This document shows, one piece after another, positions 26,486 through 41,900 of a stretch of DNA of 64,000 bases. This DNA is from Antechinus flavipes (Eukaryota): assembly GCF_016432865.1 (NCBI RefSeq), contig NC_067404.1:50716001-50780000 (forward strand). The letters are read 5' to 3'. Position numbers and translations under genes: made by a program. The first letter of the stretch is position 1. Each line of letters opens with the position of its first letter. The notes under the pieces were generated by a model, which worked only from the letters and a program-made list of their open reading frames with translations, was not told the origin of the DNA and did not search any database.

Positions 26486-27769
26486 GTTGTTTACTGCACC
26501 TTTATGTGCTTGTAATAAGCAGGTGCCAACTATGTTCTCCCTTATTCGAATCATCAGAGAATTGACTTTTCTTCCAACTTAGAATCTCTCTTTCTCTCTC
26601 CTCTTCTCAACTGCTAGGGAAGAACTCCAATTTAGGCCTAGAGTAGTATTGGCAGGAGTATAGCAATAAGAAGGAGAAGGAAAAGACAAAGCTCCATCCA
26701 CTCCTACTTCTATACTCTAGCCCTCATCACTAGATCATATATTTAAAGCTGGAAGGGAACTTAAAGACCATCTAAAGCAACCAATTCACTTGAGGAAACT
26801 GAAGTCCTGGGATGTTAGACAATCTGTCCAAGATTAGGGACAAAATGAAAGACCCAGAATTTAATCACTGGTCTTCTAAACTCAAATCTTTGTACATTCA
26901 CTTTATACACCAGGACACATCACACTCACTCAATGCACACAATTTAGAGTCTGGATTTTCTATTAAATGTAAGTTATTTTTATTCAATCATGGAGGGCCC
27001 ACCTGCCAGCTAAAAAAGGTAACAGAAGAGATACAGAGAGCATTTTTATTTCCTCTATGGCTTCCATTTTACTGCTAGTGTTAAAAAGCAAAAAGGTAAG
27101 GAAGCAGGCACCTGAGTCCTTAGAAAAGAAATGAGAAAAGGACTAAAATAGGAGGATAAAAGGCAAAGTAATGCCATTAAACCACATTCCCTATCTTTCC
27201 TACCAATAATCCTTTTACCTGAAGTTTCTCTTGAAAGAAAACTACTGCAAGGGAACAGAGCTACCACAAGTAAAGTGGGAGCCAAGGGAAACTATATTCC
27301 TGTAACCTGGCTAGGAAAGCCAAGGCAAGGAATGTGTGGAGTTGAATAATTAATGTGCCCGTCAACAAAAATTATAAGTCCAAAACCACCTTGCAAAGAA
27401 ACATGGGCTATGGTACACTATGGGTTAGATTTTTATGGGTTAGCCTTAGAAGCTCAGCTGTTCTCAATTTTATTTTGCCTAAAAAGAAAATGTATTATGA
27501 ATTTTAAATATCTGAATAAATGAATTTTTGAAAAGATATCAATACTTAAATTTCATCAAGCCCAGTCAAATTTCTAAGAGAAAAAGTTTTTTACTTATGA
27601 TGAAACATAATCTTTTTAAATATAAAGCAGACTTTTTTGTAGCTTCTTGATGCATCTCAGTTGCTTTGCATGCAAAAATATTTTACAAAACACTTTTATA
27701 TAACTAATTGGGAGTTGATACTTAGGATAACTAAAAAGACAGTAGGAACACTGAATTGCCTTTCAAAAA

Positions 27770-29665
27770 TTCAAGTAACTTGGACCAGAAGAACTATATT
27801 TATGGCCCTTGAAATAACTGATATTTGTGATTGCTAAATCACTATCAGTAAAACAGTAGAGGTAGAACGATATAGGGAAAGAACAAATATTCTTGATGTT
27901 CAAAAAAGAATAAACTATAAAGTGAGATTGTTTTTGTTTCCTGGGAAAATCCTAAAATTTTTTAAATCTGAATTTAATAAACTTCAAATAAATACAAAGA
28001 ACAGGGCAGTGTTCTGATGATCCTTTCTTTTTATTTTGGCAATCTGTAGTCCTCCTATATGCATAGTGAAATAAAAGAAAATCCAACTAGGAAAGAGAAG
28101 TGGTTACTACAAAGAGAAGCATGCCTCTCATGAAAACAAGTCTTGGCAGAATATTAACATTATTGCCACTTTTTACAGAACAACAAGCAAATGAGGAGGA
28201 CACTATGAAACTAGTTAACCTGGATGTTTCCAAAACTTTTATCTCATACTATCCTTATGGGGAAGATGAAACTACAATCATATAGATTCACAACCGGTTG
28301 GTTAAACAATCTCAGTTGTTTTTGAAAGCTCTCTAGCAGAGTACCCCAAAGACATCTATATATACATATCATGCATCAAGGCATAGATAGCATGCTTATC
28401 AAATATGCAAAGGATATAAACTGGGAAGAATAGTTAAAACACTGGATAATAGAATCAGGATCTCAAATGATCATAATAATGGTTTAAGGACAGAGAATGG
28501 ACCACCTGTGTTTTCACTGGCATAGGGAAATACCAGATGAGGAAATATTCCACAGGTAGAAAGACTTTTTTTGCCCTTGTAGTCAATAATGGTAAAAATA
28601 ACAACAGTAACATTTATATAGTGCTTACTATATGCCAGGCACTGTGCTAAATACTTTATAATCTAATTTGATGCTCAAAATAATGCCAAAAAGTACACAG
28701 TGCTATTATTATTGCCAATTTACAGATGAAAAAAACTGAGGCAAACAGAGGTTAAATGACTTGCCCAAGCAAGTAAGAGTCTGGGACTAGATTTGAATTT
28801 AGGTCTTATTGACTCTAGGGTCAGTGTTGTATCTACTACATTACCTGGCTGCCAGGAAAAATTTTACATAGGTCCTAGAGTACTGAGAGAAGTTTAGGGA
28901 ATTGCCCTGGGTTTTTCTGGTTCTAAAGCCAGTGTTTTAAGCAATACAATAGAATGCTTCTAACAAGAATTTGATAAGATTAAAAATAAAGTAAAAATTG
29001 CAATATTTGTACTTGGGTACAAAAAAAATCAACCTAAGTATAATAAGATGTGAGAAGGATTGTTAAGACAGTAGTTGTTCTGACGAAAAAAAATCTGGAG
29101 GTTTTAGTGGACTTGATGAGTCAGTAGTATGATGTAAAAGCCAAAAAGTGAGTATGAATTTAGGCTGTAAAGGGGAACACAGCTTCTAGGAATAAGGAAG
29201 TGTTAGTTCTTTTGTACTGTGCCCTCATCAGACCTTAAGTTGATTTCTGTGTTCAATTCTAGTCAACCATGGGCTAAGAGGGGCATTGATAAACTGGAAA
29301 ACATGCAGAAGAGGACAACAATGAAAATTGTCAAGCCGTAAGTACATGTCATAAAGACTGAGGAAAGCAGGTATGTTTAACCTACAAAAGAAAATACTTG
29401 AAGGGCTATCTTGTGGAAGAGGGGTGGTCTGGCTTCTAGGGAACAGAACCAGCATAAGTTTTAAAAGTTAATTTAGGCCTGATATCATGAAAGATTTTGT
29501 AACAATTAGAGCTATGAAAAAAAGGATGGAATAACCTAGAGAGGTATTGTTTCCTATCCTTGGAGGTTTTCAAGCAGGTTAGACAACTACTTGTGGAAAT
29601 GCCTCTGGTGTAAGATTTATACTAAATGGCCACTGAGATTTGGTCATTTCCAAAATTCAGATTCT
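27770..29665 (+). mobile_element. CR1/L3 3' portion, interrupted by a SINE at ~28585-28850
   Basis: Decayed RT (MKLVNLDVSKTF), ggacaacaatgaaaattg...gactgaggaaagcaggtatgtttaacct..., terminus ggaggttttcaagcagg...actaaatggccactgag...ttccaaaattcagattct. Confidence 0.7.
28585..28850 (-). mobile_element. Mar1/MIR-like CORE SINE nested in CR1
   Basis: tttacagatgaaaaaactgaggcaaacagaggttaaatgacttgccca...gatttgaatttaggtctt...gactctagg. Confidence 0.75.
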
Positions 29666-29922
29666 TTGGCCCCCATTGACAGCCTTGTGAAACAGACAAG
29701 GCACATATCCACGTTCTACAGATGAATTAACTATGATTTGGTGAACATCTCAAAAATATTAAGTAAATGAGAGCAAATATCCTGAATGAGACTAGATATC
29801 CTGATACTCTTTTCTCTGCACTAAGATGACTGCTAAAAGGTTTAGACTAGGCACAATTTCAAGGGTGTTAAAACCGAATTAGAGAAAATCCCAGACTTAC
29901 AAAAATATGGCCCTCTCACTTA

Positions 29923-30039
<117 letters not shown>

Positions 30040-30129
30040 TCAAGGAGAATTTTATTCTTCTTTAACTGAACTTTTTTTTGGTATGTTGTTAATAAATGTA
30101 AAGCACAGAAAACTATCGACGGTACTTAC

Positions 30130-30319
30130 TTGTAATCTAGTGGTGTAGGATGGTGTTCCGGCTGTATCGGATAGACACCCATGTAGTTTTCCTCTGGCCG
30201 TAATCTTTTAGGCTCTCTCATTATAGTTGAAGTAAGCTGTGGTGTCTGCATCATAACAGGGGTGTGCATTGTCTGCTCTCTATTCAACCACATGCTATCA
30301 CTACTACTACTTTCTTCAG
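30130..30319 (-). CDS. STAG2: STAG2 exon 31-equivalent, 190 nt ([62 protein letters not shown])
   Basis: cttccatccag|CTGAAGAA ... TACAA|gtaagt; inside ORF 30126..30443. Confidence 0.95.
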
Positions 30320-33300
30320 CTGGATGGAAGAAAAAAGTAACATCAATTAAGCAGTGATCAATGTACACCACAAGCAGATTACTAAGATATGTATAAGATA
30401 CGTGGAGATTTAAGTGTGTGCATATGTATATGTATGTATGCACTTTTTAAAAAATTTGCTTTTTATATTATTTCTCTGGTGCCCAAAAGACCAAATTGGG
30501 AATGGATAATGGGAAATAGATAAACAGATATCTAACTTTTGAAATTTATATCCCAAACTCTTAGCACAGAGCTTGGTACAAGATAAGTGCTTAATAAATG
30601 CTCTTCCCTTGATTCATACACTTGTCTACTCAAGCTATCACTTCCAACAAATGTTCCCATTGAGGAACATTTTCAACACTTTGCCCCCACATAAAAAGCC
30701 AAGAAACTGCAAATTATCATCACTTTTTATGAGAAATCCATTTTCAAATTTGGGGACAGAATGAGGAAAATTATGAGTAATGCTATTTTATAAAAGAGAG
30801 AGCATGAAGTAATGGAGAGAAAGAGGAAGGAATCTACAGAAAGTTTGGGGTGAGAATCAATTTAAGTCCTAGGAGTATTTAATAATGAAAATGAAAGGAA
30901 AATAACAGAAAAAATGGAAAAGTCAATCAAAATTTCTGTTAAAATTACAATTTCATCAATATTGGTATCACATTTGAACTCTTTGTAATTTATACAATAC
31001 CTACTACGTGAGAAAGAAGGAAAGACAAAAAAAAGCGAAGAATAGCCATAATAAAGTAAATAAGTAATAAACAAAGAAGTCTATACAGTATGTGACATAA
31101 TTTTAAGGGCAGTGAAAATTGATTTTCAAGATATTGTAAAAAGACATTGAACAACAAGAAAAAAATCAGGTCTGATCAAACTATCAAAAAGAAATGATCT
31201 AGTGAATATCAATTTCATCTTTATATATCTTTTATAGATAGACATATCTATTTCATCTTAAGAAAATCTGAGAATAAAAGCATCCTTGATAATATGAAGA
31301 TCTTCACAAGAGATATTCCATAGGAGACCGTATATTTGTAGTCACATGACTGTTAGCTATAGGGAAGAAAAAGCACTGCTTATTGACTATAAAAGTTATT
31401 TTTTCCAATATTCAGAAGAACAAAATATTATCTTGTAGATTTTAATCCCAACGAGTAGATAGCCCGTGCAAGTGTTAAAATTTTATGACTCTATAAAAGA
31501 TGCCAACAAAAATTACCTCAATAATACTCTCATTGTTAGTATTAAGTAAAGCATAAAAAGGAGATACACATGCCACCAGTATCTAAAGATAAAATATCTG
31601 GCAACTCAAAATAAAACTTTTACACTAAAACAATGAAAGATTGAGTTATAGCAATCATTCTAATATGGAAAGAGTCCCAAAGAATTAGTGCCATATAAGA
31701 TCAGAATTTCAAGGAGAATAAGAAATGTTCCTTCTTATGAAAAGCAATGAGAGACTTTCAATATACTGTGCTTTGCAAAAAGAATGTCTTCTTAAAAGAA
31801 GCTTACAATCTCTGCCTTTATAAATAATGACTTTACAATAGAGAAATGTTCTTAAGTCAAAAAGAGTCAAAAGGAATTAAAGAACAATAATCTTATTGGG
31901 CTTAATGAGAGAAGTGGATACATAGAAGTATACTTATTCCTGATATATGCAAGATATGTCAGCTTTATATTGCAATCTTTAAATAACTACCAAAGGAAAA
32001 GATTCAGTTTAAGAATGGGATCACCTTCAACAGTATAACCTAATACATAGCAACAAGATTCAGAAACTTAACTGTATCTTATTTCTCTTAAATAATGAGC
32101 ACAACGAATCCACAGAACAAACTACAGAAAGAATAGTTTTAAGGGTCCTACCTTATTAATTATAAACTCAAGAAAAGTCGAAAAAATAGAAAATAACCAA
32201 ACACCATAAACCAGAAAAGGTTTTTTTTTCTTTTATTGCTAAATACTGCTACCTAAACCTCAGGATCTATTTTCAGCTAAATAAAGGCAGAACATGTTAA
32301 ATCTATACTGTATCACTTGCTATTTAGGGGAGGGGGAAAAGAGAAAAGAAGGAGAAAAATTTAGAACAGAAGATTTTACAAAGGTTGAAAACTAACTCTG
32401 CGTGTATTTGAAAAAATAAAAAGCTATCATACGCTGTGCCATCAAAAAAAAGCTAATGACAAAGCTGAATTATATCGTTCTTCACTTTGAAAAAAATATA
32501 TAAAGGTGGATTTCAATCAACACCTTGTCTATGACTGTAGAAAAAGAATAGCTCAGGAATGCCACTGATCTAGCCTATTGGAGGCCAACAAACTGAACAG
32601 TGCTCTAAGGAAACACTGATCAGAAATATCAAATAGAAAAATTGACAGTCAATTGGCTTTTCCAACAAAATGCACAGTGAGATATCTCTTCCCAAGTCAC
32701 AGAGATAGGGGATTTGGACTCTCTAGGTCACTGCTCTCCTCCATTATCAGAAATAATGGTAATTCATTTTAAAGAAGAGAGGTATGCTGAAAGTAAATGA
32801 CTCTCAAGCAAGTTGCTAGAAAAGCGATGCCCACTTTTCATTCCTTCATTCTATTAAAGAACTATATTAAACTTCATTTTGTCTTTTCATGCATTAGGTG
32901 CTAGGTGCCAAATCCTAGAAGATGTAATTAATAAGGCAAGCTCTATAAGTAGATTTTATTTTAAAAAATAGAAAATGCGACAGCTTAAACCTCAAGTCAC
33001 CTGATTTATTAATTTGCTAATGATAAAGGGAAGACTGGTATAGTGAAAAATTGGGTCAGGACTGTGAGACTTAGGTTAAACTTCTAACTGATAGTTACTG
33101 GCTGCGTGATTCCAGATAAGTCACTTCACCTATTTGAGCTTCAATTCCCTTAACTGTAAAATATATTGTCTAAAAATATTTAGTAAAAACTTCATCTCCA
33201 CAATGATCAAATTACAATTTAAAATATTAACTACAGAACCAAGAAGTCAGGAAATATACAAATTAACACTTCATAATACATATATAGGCAGTATTTATAT

Positions 33301-33543
33301 AATATAATATAGTATATATAGGGACTCGTGAACTAGAAGACATGAATTTCCATTCTGCTTATTGGAAAAGTCAGATGGAATAGGGTAATCTTCAAAGAAC
33401 CATTCCAACTTTTTAATTCAACAAACTAGACTTGTCCAATGAAAAGTGAAATGTACCTTTAACTAATAAAATCTAATATTTTCCTATTGAGGCTATGGAT
33501 GTCTTCATAAATAATAAAGAAAGGAAGAAAAGAAGGATACTTA

Positions 33544-33822
<279 letters not shown>

Positions 33823-34937
33823 TTAGAAAAATGTAGAGAAGGGAACTTGCTAATAAAGTGCTTGGCACCACACATCTTACTTTTCAACTGCAGTATTTTC
33901 ATTATAAAATTCTTGCTAGTTTTAAATATATTTACCTTCAAAAAGTTTTCATCAAGATCATGCCGCTGTGTTAAAACACACGAGGCACATGTAAAACTAA
34001 ATATAAACTATGTGAATTTCCCAAATATATAATCCTGTTCTAACTTACTGGTTCTTTCCCTTCAACAAAAATTTCCAGGGAATGGTAACCATTTAGTTTT
34101 TTTTAATGATTTGTTATACAAGCCATGATTATTCCTCTAAGTTGAAAAAAATTAAGTGACTTGGCTCAATTAAGGGTGTATAAGATAGTTTATTTCGCCA
34201 AGTATTACTGAGGTCTTTAAGTTTACTTTAACCACTTTTCTACATAGGACAGCACAGTAGCATGGAAAATTATTAATCATTTGCAATGATATGCTTACTA
34301 TAAAGCATTGCCCAGGTCTTCTCTTTCACATATGTACCAAAGGGCTCTAAAGATTATGTCTTAAGACTTTAATATGACAATACTATGTGGCTGATTCTCA
34401 GATCAGTATCTTACTCTCTTTTCCAAGTGAAAGAAAGATTAAGTCACAGAAAACGCTGCACTTCATGCAGGTTATCTACAAAGTTTCTCTAAATTAGATT
34501 GACCTAGTCCCTTCCCCCTCCAAACCAGGAGTGAAGAAAATGCATAGTTATAGTGCATTTTTTGAGAACATATTCAAATTTTAAAAGGAAGAGATGAGAC
34601 TTTCAGGATTAAATTTACTTGATAACATTTCAGGACATTATATGAAGCTAAACTAGAAGCTCCCTAGATATCTCTCGCAACATTTTAACAAGGGACACTA
34701 CGAAAAGTAAACATTATCGTTTTGTTTAAAAATATTAACAATATTCTTAAAGGATAAAATTGTTCCAAAATACAGTTCTAAAAGTTATAAGCCAAAATAT
34801 TTGCTGTTATTAGAACATATTAAGCCTTAGTGCAATTCTGGAATTCAATACAAAGAGGAAGCATAAAATGCATAAATGTTGCTTCAGAGTTCCCCAAACT
34901 GAATACTTTAGTTGGAGGATGGATAATTAAATACTTA

Positions 34938-35159
<222 letters not shown>

Positions 35160-36704
35160 CTAACAAGAATGGATAGAATGGATTTATGTTTATGTCTATA
35201 AATTTCAGATACACAAATAAGAAGTGGATGAAAGAAGAAGGATAACAAGAGAGAAAGAGCAGTAATATTACTTTTTGATTTATTGGCCATGATAATTCTA
35301 TCTTTCCTGAAAGCAATATAGATAGGATATAATTACTTCTGGGATGTTCTTATAGCATCTCACCCAGCAAGAACCCAGCTCCTTCCAGGTAGTGGACTAA
35401 TCCAAAGCAACTGAGCCATTCTACGTTATAAGAATGTTAGGAGAGTATCATACCATGACCCATAAGGAGGCCTCCAGAGGCTGTTAAGTGGATTTAAGGA
35501 AGGATATAGACAAGAATCACATAAGAAAAGGCAGCATGCATAGTAAGGTTGCAATCTACACTTGTGTCAAGAGTAGCCACACTGGTGAAATCACAAATCC
35601 AATGTAAAATAAAGCAATTAAGTCAACTGTAGAAATGGTTGAACCATTTACTTAAGTTTAGGTAAAGAAGGGACAAAATGGCAAACCAGCAGTACAAAAT
35701 AAACAAGAAAAGAAGTTCAACAACAGTGCAATTGGACTTCCCACAAGGCCTGGAGTGATGAATGGGAGTACAACAATACTTCAATTAAGAAAGAGAATGT
35801 ACTCCAATTATAGACACATGGCCAGTAACTTTATTAAGATAATGAGAAGCATAATATAGTCTAAGAGAGCAGGAGAGAAGAGGTCCAGGGTTACTGTAGG
35901 AAAAACAATACAAAAGGTATGGAACTGGGAACTCAGGAGCAAAAGTAGGAAAAGAGCAGATTAGAAAAGGTGCCTTCATTTGTAGCTGGAAATGAAAGGT
36001 CTTAAGGTAAGACAGGCTACTTGACAATGTTCACAGTTTGGGGGGTGGAAGAGTAAGTGCAGGGAACTCTTGCCAAACAAAGAATATTACCTGATCTGTT
36101 TTGTGACTTCTAAAATTCTTCTGATTGGAAGGACAGGGGTGTGAGCTATGCTTTTCATTACACAGTATAGGTAAATAGAGATAAAGCCAAAGTATCTAAA
36201 CCTAGGTTAAATAAATCAGTAAGAACTGCTCTGTCAATATAATACAACTGATATAACATCAAAAGCTCTTTTGCAAAGGAAAAAAGGGATCAGAAATAAG
36301 GGGGCATAATTACCATGGGATGAAAAATAGTTACAAAAAAGTAGAGGCTACTGAAGACACAAAAGAAACTTCCCATACTACTCAACATTACCTATGATCA
36401 ACACTCTTTACCTTCAGCTAAGAAGAAATAGAAATTGTACAGAGAGATATTTGGTGTCATGCCTAAATTCATGTACAGCCTTACTTCCAATGATTTATGA
36501 AGATTTGGTGTGTGGTTTATTTTATAATGGAGCTTCATGTCCAGATTCACTAATTGAGGTATCACTAGATCTAATTTTTTTAATCCTAAGAATGAAGAAT
36601 TTACGTTAGAAGACAAGTCCATACACTAAGGACATTATTACACATCAGCCCAACAATTTTCTCAATTCTAAAAAAGATTCAAATCCTAATTTTTAAAATA
36701 ATCT

Positions 36705-36960
36705 GCAAAATAGAGAGCATAGAATAGCAGAAAGAGTACTGAATCTGAAGCCAAGAAGCCAGGATTCTTGTCCCAGCTCTACCACTTACTAACTCCATGA
36801 TACTGGGCAAGTCACCTTCCTTTTCTGAGTCTCATTTGCATAATCCATATAATAGGAGCAATACTTGAACTCCCTGCCCTCAGAGGTTTGTCATGAGGAA
36901 CAAACAAGTATAAGACGCTTATAAACCTTAAGGTGTTATATTTATTAACGTCAGCCATTA
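36705..36960 (+). mobile_element. MIR-like SINE
   Basis: gcatagaatagcagaaagagtactgaatctg...cccagctctaccacttactaac...gggcaagtcac...tctgagtctcattt. Confidence 0.7.
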
Positions 36961-36996
36961 TGATTAGTTGAATTCAAGTAAAATATTGGGAAATTA

Positions 36997-37188
<192 letters not shown>

Positions 37189-37554
37189 CTAATATTAATA
37201 ATTAGTATAAACACTTCTATACCTAATCTGTAATAAATATTTAATATTGTACAAATTAATAAAGAAGCACTTTAAGTTGGTGTCAGTTATCCTCTTAAGT
37301 TCTTTTCAGTTAAGCCAAGGTAAAACTATTTCCTGGTGGTTTCAACACAATTATGAACCTAATGAATACGAATATAAAAAGATGAAAAACAAAGCCCAAC
37401 ACATTAATTATATCCATAGCAAGCAAACAAGAAGGGGTTATTGCTGTTCTGATTTTTTTCTTTATCTATACAAGAGGCAAATAGGCATGTGATTCATTTA
37501 GGAAAAAACAAGGTTTCTTGGTTTGAATATTAAACAATGTTTTTGAAAGAATCA

Positions 37555-37683
<129 letters not shown>

Positions 37684-38685
37684 CTAGAAAAGAAATTTGC
37701 ATGTATTAAGTGAACTTCACATCATAAAAAAAAAATTGTGACTGGTAAGTAGACAGACAGAAAAGGATAGTGAGGGGGAAAAAAAGCTTTTCGTGGGCAT
37801 CAGAAGAATTATATTTCTCATGCTGGCTTTGCCACTAATTAGTTCTGTGGTTTGGGGAAAGCCACAAATTCCCAGCCTCAGAATCCTCATCTACTAAATG
37901 GGAACATATGACACTCTAGCTACCTAGAAAGACTCATTGTAACCAATAAATAAGATATGCAAGGAAATATATTATAATCCAAGGTCAGGTAATGGACTGT
38001 GATAAACTTAAATGCTATTGCTTATGGAATCTAGAATCTAGAAAAGGGAGCAGAATTGAAATATCTGAACACCTTGTCTAAGGTAAAGAAACTAGTGAAA
38101 AAGAAAATTCTGATCAATAGAAAGGTATACTCAGTGGGAGAACAGAAATAATCTAGGCTTCATTACAGCCAAAGTACCTCATAACACTATCCAATTCCCT
38201 TTGCATTGATTCCATACTTACAATGTAACTGTCTAAATTGGTAATTTGGTTTCCCAGCAAGCTTGGGGTGTCCTGGGTATTGAGAATTAGTATTCTGGTT
38301 GCAATATATCTCTCTCAGTAAATTAATAAATTGGCATTCTGGTTTATAAATCCCTCTTGTGAATTTGGTTAGCACAAATTATTCCCCTAGTACCTGATCA
38401 CCCCTGGGTAATGCAATAAAAATGAGTTTCTAGGCCTGCAAGACTACAAACTGGCTTCCAAAATACTGACAATAAGCTCTAAAATCTTACAAAATAAAAA
38501 TCCAAACTGTTTGAAAGCAAAAAAAAAAAAAAATCCAGTGCTAAATCTTCTCCATGAAATGTTAACATTTATTTACTAAGAATCACATGCAAGGCCACTT
38601 TTAGCACAACATTGAGGGAAAAGGATATATATGATGCCTACCACAAATTGGTATAGTCTCCAAATCTGAAAAAATAATTCTGTTA

Positions 38686-38886
<201 letters not shown>

Positions 38887-40503
38887 CTACTTATTTGATA
38901 TCATGATTCAACTTAACAACGAAAAAATCTGTTCAAAAAAAGAAAGTGATTAAAGAAAATCCTTGAATACAAGTTTTTCACAATACTCAGTTTTTCTTAA
39001 CAGTTAAGTTCAAACCCACTACTCTACTTTAGTCCTCACATGGAAGTGATCCAGGATTCTCAAGTCGTGAATAATGCCTGGCAGATTCTAATAAGCGAGA
39101 AAGCATTTCAGAATGGTCCCCATAAGGACCATCTTTAATTACAAAAAGACTTCTTTGCAGTTTAGGCCATGGCATACCAGTTCTAAATGACCAACTTCAA
39201 AAGTGAAGAGAGGCTCTAGTCTGCCTTTATATTACTGAAAACAATAGATAGGTATGTACTCTTTTTTCACTTTTAACTATTTTAAGTTTTATACATATCT
39301 TACAAACAAAATATAGGGAACATAAATTACTCTTGATGACTCAAGATCACAATTAGAGGTTCCAAATTCCATATGATGGTGGAGTGCAATGATTAGGACT
39401 GGAGTCAAACATTTAAGGTGATTAGTCCTTATGCAATATCATCCCAGACTGCTCTTCAAGTCCCTATCTGATTTCTGTAGACTTTTCATCTCCTCCCATG
39501 ATGCTAAATTATCTTCTCACTGATGGTAGCTAATGAACAGCACTTACTTATCCCTCCTTCCCCTCTATAATTTGAGCTTTTAATTTGCTATCTGATGAGG
39601 GAAAAAAAGAGATTATGAAGTTTGTTCAAAGGTACCTAATCTAAGGGATCAACAACCAAAAGGAAATTCACAATCAATCAAATATATAGACCTGCACTGA
39701 ACTGTATGAGTTAGACCAGAAACCGCAGCAATTCCCTTACCAATATACTGATTCTGTGATTTGAACTTTATGAGATCAGAACAAGATGATCTATCTCTAA
39801 GGTCCTTTCTAACTTTGAAAATCCACAGGAAATCATGTTACCCTAAACGTCTTTGTTTAGTTGCAGATTTCTTAATACATTACACACAAAAATACACACA
39901 CAGACAGACACCCTCTCCAGGAAACAAGCCCTCATAACTACATTTGGGGGAGAGGGGGATATTATAAATGCTGCTTGTATTTGGTGAAAAATCTTTAATT
40001 TGCTCATCTAAATCTGTATGTATGTTTATATACATGTTGACATTAAGTTTGAAGTAGAACCTAACACCAAAAATGTGAGAAATCATAAAATCATGATGTA
40101 AGCTTTACTTGAAAAGACTGTTAAGGAAAAATCAAATTATCTGTAAAGTCTCAGTTAAATACAGAGAAATTTGGCTTTTCTTCCCCAGAACATTTTGTAT
40201 TCTCTTAATTATTCTGCACAATAGTTGAAAAACTAACTCAGAAAATTACTTTGAAATCTATTTATAACATAAAGAAATATAGATTTAAAAGGATCTATAA
40301 AAGTTATTTTAGAAAAATGATGCATAGTACTATATTATTTTACTGAAGTTAGTTAATGAAATTTTTAAGCATCTATAAAAGTAAAAGATCTTGATGAATA
40401 GTCAGAGCATTTAAGCAATATATCTTCCAGGTTACTAAATATTTCCAAAAAAGGTAGCTCCAAATCTTCAGTAAGCATCCCTTTTCTGTGAACTCATGAT
40501 TAC

Positions 40504-40678
40504 CTGCACTATTGTTATCATCATCCTGGTCAATGAAGACATGATCCAGAATAAAGCTGAGCAGTTCGGACTGCAATGAAGAATCAGGAGTGTAAACTAG
40601 TGGCTCTAACATGTCACGTCCTCCTGACATAATCTGATGGCTGGAGATCATCAACACATCACACAAAATAGTGAAGGC
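40504..40678 (-). CDS. STAG2: STAG2 exon 25-equivalent, 175 nt ([58 protein letters not shown])
   Basis: ctttattcag|GCCTTC ... GCAG|gtaatc; inside ORF 40373..40714. Confidence 0.96.
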
Positions 40679-40989
40679 CTGAATAAAGAAATTTAAATTG
40701 TTATAAATCAACATTTCTAACTAAATTTCTATTCCCCACTTCCCAAAATCTGACAGTTACTTCAAAAACTTTTCTAAGATATTGAAAAAAGGTGGTTCTG
40801 AGGCACTTCTCAAATGTAAACAGTTAAGAATAACAATTGACAAATGTTGACAAATACCACTATATTACAAAGAAATATATGATACATAAGGAACATACTT
40901 ATGTTTTGCAAAAATATGTAATCTTAAAGATGTATTGCACCAGAAAAATGACCAGAAAAGTTAGCCTTTCCAACTTCAAATATTGCCTC

Positions 40990-41900
40990 AATCCATCAAT
41001 AAGCATTTTTTAAGTCTTACAGGACAGCCTGATGCTAAGTGCTGGGCATACAAAGAAAGGCAAAAGATAAGGAGTTCACAGTCAAAGAGTGAGGGGAGAT
41101 GACACTGAATACAACTATGTGTCTAAGCTATGGAGATGATGAATGAAGATACAAGGAAGACTATTACATAGATATGAGTAGATGATAATAATTATAAATA
41201 TAATAAAAATTATGTTTGTATATAATATACATTTGTCATACATTAAAATTTGTATCATAAATATATTATGAAAAATAATTATTTTCTTAATTATATTTAA
41301 TTAAGAATTAATTATTTATATTGATTATAAATTATCATATAATATGTAATTCTACCTTAATTAGGCAATTTGTATAATAAATTAAAGTGTAAGACGAATA
41401 AAATAATAAATGAATGATATTATTTGTTATTTTTAATAACTAAATCATGCCAATTAATTATATATTATGTATGGTATATTTTCGTAATGGATAATTACGC
41501 ATTTTAATTAATGTAATAAACTGAGATTAAATTAATATTAAAAATTAATGTGTGGATTATATATAAAATGATAAATATTAATATGATTGGCTAAGAAAAT
41601 CTAGGAAGGTGACAATCAGAAATCAATGGGCATTCTGAAGAGAGAACTTGTGGTGACAGCACTAAATGAGAAAGGAGAGATTTGAGTAATTGACCCCACC
41701 TCTCTGGCATTTCAGAGGTAAAGAAGGGAAAACAGATAAAAGTTACATGATGGAGAGGTATCTAATAGGAAAGTATTGAGGATTCAGAGAATAACAAGAC
41801 AAGACATCAGAGATCTCCAACATATGTAGAGGCCAGAAAATGTACACAGAATACAGAATGAGTCAAATATAAGTCTTAAGTCACTAGATCAATAGGTTTC
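40990..41900 (-). mobile_element. L2 fragment split by an extremely AT-rich insert
   Basis: atcaataagcatttt...tgctaagtgctgggcatacaaag...caaggagttcacagtc is the reverse complement of the L2 3' end; purine-rich L2-like sequence resumes after ~41590. Confidence 0.6.
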
